64,000 nt of DNA from Candidatus Latescibacterota bacterium (GTDB lineage: Bacteria > Latescibacterota > UBA2968 > UBA8231), in assembly GCA_965206595.1 (NCBI GenBank), contig OZ242214.1, positions 3,712,001-3,776,000 on the forward strand, in the 5' to 3' direction. The notes below the pieces were generated by a model. It saw only the letters and a program-made list of their open reading frames with translations. It was not told where the DNA came from and did not search any database. Position 1 is the first letter of the stretch. Each line of letters begins with the position of its first letter. Below, piece after piece: positions 60,076 to 64,000 of this stretch. The translations under genes and the position numbers were made by a program.

Positions 60076-60325
60076 GAGGGACTGGAGTTGCACGGACCTG
60101 GAGCTGCTCGAGGTTCCGGCGGTCCGAATCTGCAGCAACATCTTCGCGCACAACTGCTGCTACAGCGCCGAAAGTCCTTTCAGGGATGTGCCCGAGTTCC
60201 AGCCGGGAATATCGCTCGATGGTATGCGGCGTGTGTTCGACTCCATGCGGGAGGATAATCGGATTCCGCCGTCGCAGCCTGAAGGCTGGGAGGACAGGAT
60301 CATGGAGCGAGTGGAATGCCGATGA
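60076..60325 (+). pseudogene. Possible C-terminal remnant of an NAD-dependent epimerase/dehydratase
   Basis: ICSNIFAHNCCYSAESPFRDVPEFQPGISLDGMRRVFDSMREDNRIP..WEDRIM resembles extended-SDR C-termini; there is no Rossmann N-terminus. Confidence 0.45.
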
Positions 60326-61770
60326 CCGGATCGAACGATTCAGAGCCTCTGGAGCTGGGATCTCGCAAGCAGTTGCTGTTCGATCCCCTGTTCCTGGCGG
60401 AATCCAAGGGGGTCGCCGTGGCCGTGGAGACACCCTTTCAGGACCCCACACCGGTCCTCACCGCGGACAGGCCCTGGGAAGACAGGGGCATCGGCTCCTT
60501 CAACACCGTGATGCTCGAAAACGGCGCCTTCCGCATGTGGTACGACGCCATGGCTGTCGGGGAGGACGGCAACAGCCACCGCGCCCTGTGCCACGCCGAA
60601 TCGGAGGATGGAATCCACTGGGACAAGCGGGAGACCGGCCTGATCGGGTTCCGCGGATCCAGAAGGAACAACATCGTCGCCCCTTCGCGCATGGCCGGGG
60701 CCACCGTCTTCCGGGACGACCAGGCCCCGACCGCCGAACGCTACAAGCTGTGGACCAAGTACTACGCGAGCGAAGAAGACGGGAAGCAGGGAATCCGCAC
60801 CGGCCTGTGGGGCATGGTCTCCCCTGACGGATTCCGGTGGAAGCGCGCCGACCAAGGTTATCCGTTGTGGAGGGGAAACGCCGCCGACACCCAGAGCTTC
60901 TGTTTCCGCGACGAAGACCTGGGGAAGTACGTCGGCTTCGTGCGCATCAAGAAACGCCCGGAGGGCAGACAGCGAACCTGCTCGGCGGGGATCATGTTTT
61001 CGGACGACTTCCGCACCTGGACGATGGCCAGGGAGATATTCAAGGCCGACGGGTGCGATGAGGCCAGCCCGGTGGCCGGCGGCACCCCGGGCTGGCGTCC
61101 GACCGTCGACTTCTACACTCCCGGCGGCATGAAGGTGCCCGGCGTCCCCAACGCCTACATCCTGCTGCCCACCGCCTACCACCACTGGCAGGAGGACGCC
61201 TTCCCCTCGACGATCGACGTGCGGCTGGCCACCAGCCGGGACGGGATCACCTGGTGGCAGCATCCCGACCGCGAACCCTTCCTCCGCCTCGGACCCGACG
61301 GATCCGCTTCCGCCGGCATGATCTTCGCCAACCCCTGGCCCATACCGGTCGCGGACGAGCTGTGGATCTACTATGGGGGAGTCGGCCGCGATCACAGGGA
61401 AGAGGTCCGCGACCCGTCGCTGTCAGGGGTCTTCCGGGCGCGGATACGGCGGGACGGGTTCGTGTCGGTCCGCGGCGGCTATGGCGGCGGGGAGTTCACC
61501 ACCCCTGCCGTGACCTTTTCCGGGGGGCGCCTGGAAGTCAACATGGACGGCAGCGCGGGCGGCTGGCTGCAGGTCGAGATACAGTCTGAAGATGGACGAC
61601 CGCTCCCGTCTCACCGACTCGACCGATGCGACACGATCCGCGGAAACTCGGTGGGGAAGGCGATCACCTGGAGCGGTTCGCCCGATCTCCCGGGGTTGAG
61701 GAACAGACCCGTGAGGCTGCGCTTCGTCATGCGCTCGATGAAGCTGTTTGCGTTTCAGTTTCCGCAATGA
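60316..61770 (+). CDS. Glycoside-hydrolase-like beta-propeller protein, paralog of 58449-60023
   Basis: KQLLFD, SEDGIHW, SPDGFRW, SDDFRTW, SRDGITW, ELWIYY, RRDGFVSV, LFAFQF. Confidence 0.75.
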   Translation: MPMTGSNDSEPLELGSRKQLLFDPLFLAESKGVAVAVETPFQDPTPVLTADRPWEDRGIGSFNTVMLENGAFRMWYDAMAVGEDGNSHRALCHAESEDGIHWDKRETGLIGFRGSRRNNIVAPSRMAGATVFRDDQAPTAERYKLWTKYYASEEDGKQGIRTGLWGMVSPDGFRWKRADQGYPLWRGNAADTQSFCFRDEDLGKYVGFVRIKKRPEGRQRTCSAGIMFSDDFRTWTMAREIFKADGCDEASPVAGGTPGWRPTVDFYTPGGMKVPGVPNAYILLPTAYHHWQEDAFPSTIDVRLATSRDGITWWQHPDREPFLRLGPDGSASAGMIFANPWPIPVADELWIYYGGVGRDHREEVRDPSLSGVFRARIRRDGFVSVRGGYGGGEFTTPAVTFSGGRLEVNMDGSAGGWLQVEIQSEDGRPLPSHRLDRCDTIRGNSVGKAITWSGSPDLPGLRNRPVRLRFVMRSMKLFAFQFPQ

Positions 61771-61899
61771 TCCGGGCTGAGGCCGCTCTCCGATGAGGTC
61801 TGATCGGGAACCGCAGCGACCGGGGAGGACGGCTTCAGGCCGGGTTGGCAACAGATGTCCCGTCAGCGCGTAACAACCTCATTTCGGATTCGCTTCGCT

Positions 61900-62792
61900 T
61901 CACTCGGCCAACGACGCCTTGATCCGGGCCCACGGGCTCGCTCTCACAACGCTTTCATCCTGGATTCCCACCAGCAGTCCGTCGACGAAAATATCCGCAT
62001 TCCAAAGTGACTCGACCAACCCCGGCTCCTCGAACGGCAGGGCGTAGTGCGCGTCTCCACTATTTCCGGCGGCATCCTGATCTATCACCGTCAAATGGAA
62101 TCCGAGAACTGCCCCGGGAACCAGTTCGAACGCGGCACTTGCCTGTTGGTCCTCGTAGTCGAAGGGTGCGAACGGAGTCAGGTAAAATTCCGTCACCCAG
62201 AAAAAAGGATTCTCGCCCTGCACACTCCCTCCCCGTCTCCAAACGGAGGACGAACCGGCCAACCGCGGCTGTAGATGGGAACTATTTCAAGGTTCCCGTT
62301 CCCGGACGCTTCGGGCAAGGCGGTGTACCATTGCACATTTGAAGCTTGAAGAACCCTCTCGGCATCAGCTCCCGGATCAGGGACCCAGGACCAGGGTCCA
62401 CCGCTGTGGTCGGCATCGATCCTGAGCCACAAACAATCTCCGTATCGCTCGTTTTCGTTAAAGTAGACATCATCTGCCACTATTGCGGCAACATAGATCC
62501 GACTGGGTGACGGCACCCAACCAAGCCAGATCCTGAAATCCAGGTCTGCCGGATCACGCTCAGTGATATCGGATGCGCCGGGGATCAGTCCGAAATCCAC
62601 CAAGGTCAACGAGGGTTCTAATTCCATCCACTCATCCACCGATCCGTCCCTGATATCGATCCGTTCGACCATCTCGTCGCTCAACTGGTAAATGGGATAG
62701 GCGCGATCCCCGACATGGCCCTGAGCCGGCTGCGGTGGGACGTGCACAACAAGAGCGAAGAGGACAAGGACTGTGAGCGATCCGGGTGCCAT
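61900..62792 (-). pseudogene. Exported CBM9/DOMON-like protein split by a 1-nt frameshift near 62231-62234
   Basis: Signal peptide, HVGDR, DGSVDEW, DLDFRIWLGW, IDADHSGG in one frame; GENPFFWVTEFYLTPF...WARIKASLAE in the next. One extra G in a G4 run restores PPFGDGGGSVQGENP. Confidence 0.8.
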
Positions 62793-62952
62793 GTTGAATC
62801 ACCTCCTGAAAGAACAGGTGAGCGGTAACTCGTCCCCTGCAACTTCGTCCCCTGTTGCATATGGCGGGCAAGGGGGCGAGTGTTCAAAGTTACCTCTGTC
62901 GTGGTCTCCCTCGATGGCAAGTGAACCGACCCCGAGATAGCGGTGCTGAATA

Positions 62953-64000
62953 ATGAACCCCGATCGGAAACTGCATTTGGAACGTTCCGAAGAAAAGCCA
63001 GCTCGGCTCCTTTCGAAAAAGGAGCTGGCGCGCCTGTTCCGCCGGCCCCCGCGCGAGTACGGCCCCATCGACTGCTGGTGGTGGGAAGCCGGCCGTCTCA
63101 ACAAGGAGAGGATGCGGTGGCAGCTCGAAGAGATGAACGAGAAAGGGATCGCGGGAACCTGGTTCTACCCCAGGTTCACCTTAGGGGAGCCGCTCGCGTC
63201 CGATCCCCCTTACTGGACGGAGGAATGGTGGGACTTCGTTCGGTTCTCCATGGAAGAGCACCGGCGGCTCGGAATGGTCGCCTGGCTCAACGACTGGACG
63301 GCGCGCCAGTTCTTCCAGGACCGGCTGCGCGCCGAACGCGCGGAGAATCCCTCCCTGGGCGGGCGCCGTCTCGCTCTACACGCAGTGGAATCGGCGGCTC
63401 ACGGCTGGATCGAGATCGTTGTTCCCCCCGGGGAAGAGGTGCTCGACGCGGCCGCATACAGGATGGCCGGCGGGAGGCTGGATTACGCCTCCCGGGAAAA
63501 CCTGGGTGATGCCATCGAGGACCACAGGCTCACGTGGAAGGCAGAGGAAGCGGGGTGGCTCCTGGCGGTGGTCACCGCGCAGCTCCACGATCTCGACTAT
63601 CTCCATCCCTTCGCGGCCGATCGCTGGCTGGAACTCCTCGCCGGTACTTGCGAGGAGAAGCTGGGGGAGTTCGTCGGCACGACCCTGAAGGCCTGCGGAA
63701 CCGACGAGATGTTCGTCCTCAACGGGAACCTGTTGTACGCCCCGTCCCTGTCCGATCGGTTCTTGGCGGAAAAGGGGTACGATCCCGCCCCCTTCCTGGT
63801 TGGACTGTTCCGCGATATCGGTAAGATGACGGACAAGATTCGCTGCGACTACCACGACGTCATGGCCGCCATGGTAGAGGAAAACCTGTATGCGCGTCTC
63901 TCCCGGGGGCTGAAGGAACGGGGAATGCTCTATGCCGAGTTCTGCCCGAACGGGAAGAGCGAGGACATGCTGGCCCAGACCTACCACTACGGCGACTTCT
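62953..64000 (+). CDS. Glycoside hydrolase family 106 (alpha-L-rhamnosidase-like) protein, runs off the window edge
   Basis: Not in the ORF track; hand-translated: FRRPPREYGPIDCWWW..QLEEMNEKGIAG..YWTEEWWDFVRFSMEEHRRLGMVAWLND..LDYLHP..TDE. Open to the end of the window. Confidence 0.75.
   Translation, partial: MNPDRKLHLERSEEKPARLLSKKELARLFRRPPREYGPIDCWWWEAGRLNKERMRWQLEEMNEKGIAGTWFYPRFTLGEPLASDPPYWTEEWWDFVRFSMEEHRRLGMVAWLNDWTARQFFQDRLRAERAENPSLGGRRLALHAVESAAHGWIEIVVPPGEEVLDAAAYRMAGGRLDYASRENLGDAIEDHRLTWKAEEAGWLLAVVTAQLHDLDYLHPFAADRWLELLAGTCEEKLGEFVGTTLKACGTDEMFVLNGNLLYAPSLSDRFLAEKGYDPAPFLVGLFRDIGKMTDKIRCDYHDVMAAMVEENLYARLSRGLKERGMLYAEFCPNGKSEDMLAQTYHYGDF

Noticed and set aside
62193-62262. Programmed ribosomal frameshift in the CBM9-like gene (and at ~9597)
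   Set aside because: There is no canonical slippery heptamer with a stimulatory structure at the inferred shift points; a homopolymer indel explains them.

Overview
A GC-rich, gene-dense bacterial window. Gene content (FlgD/T9SS-like C-terminal domains, a C-terminal 'W-x-R-I-K-A' tail, DUF6785-like membrane proteins, many glycan-active enzymes) suggests an FCB-group organism such as Ca. Latescibacterota; this is inference. I see no rRNA, tRNA, CRISPR array or transposase. Layout: (1) 1-6.5 kb, minus strand: TPR protein, CRTAC1/FG-GAP protein and two membrane/spermidine-synthase-like fusions. (2) 7-21.5 kb: two inverted DUF6785-like paralogs bracket sugar-acid enzymes, a second CRTAC1 protein, an LRR lipoprotein and two DUF3179 genes, each with an in-frame UGA followed by the same hairpin (probable selenoproteins; one copy is disrupted), plus a 168-bp MITE. 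(3) 21.7-49.4 kb: a co-oriented minus-strand envelope cluster of two exbD genes, two FlgD-domain surface proteins, four paralogous ~900-1000 aa Ca-binding/beta-strand-rich exported proteins (two are a near-perfect 2.8-kb tandem duplicate), an oligogalacturonate-lyase-like protein, a large TPR protein, a DUF4159 protein with a TonB-like anchor, a beta-helix protein and an AgmX/TonB-C-like lipoprotein. This is my best candidate for an undescribed PMF-driven, SusC/D-independent glycan capture system. (4) 49.6-64 kb: an M28-like/FtsX fusion with altered metal ligands and RecA-CTD-like inserts, UPF0182, and glycoside-hydrolase-like genes. Family assignments are by motif recognition only; no searches were run.
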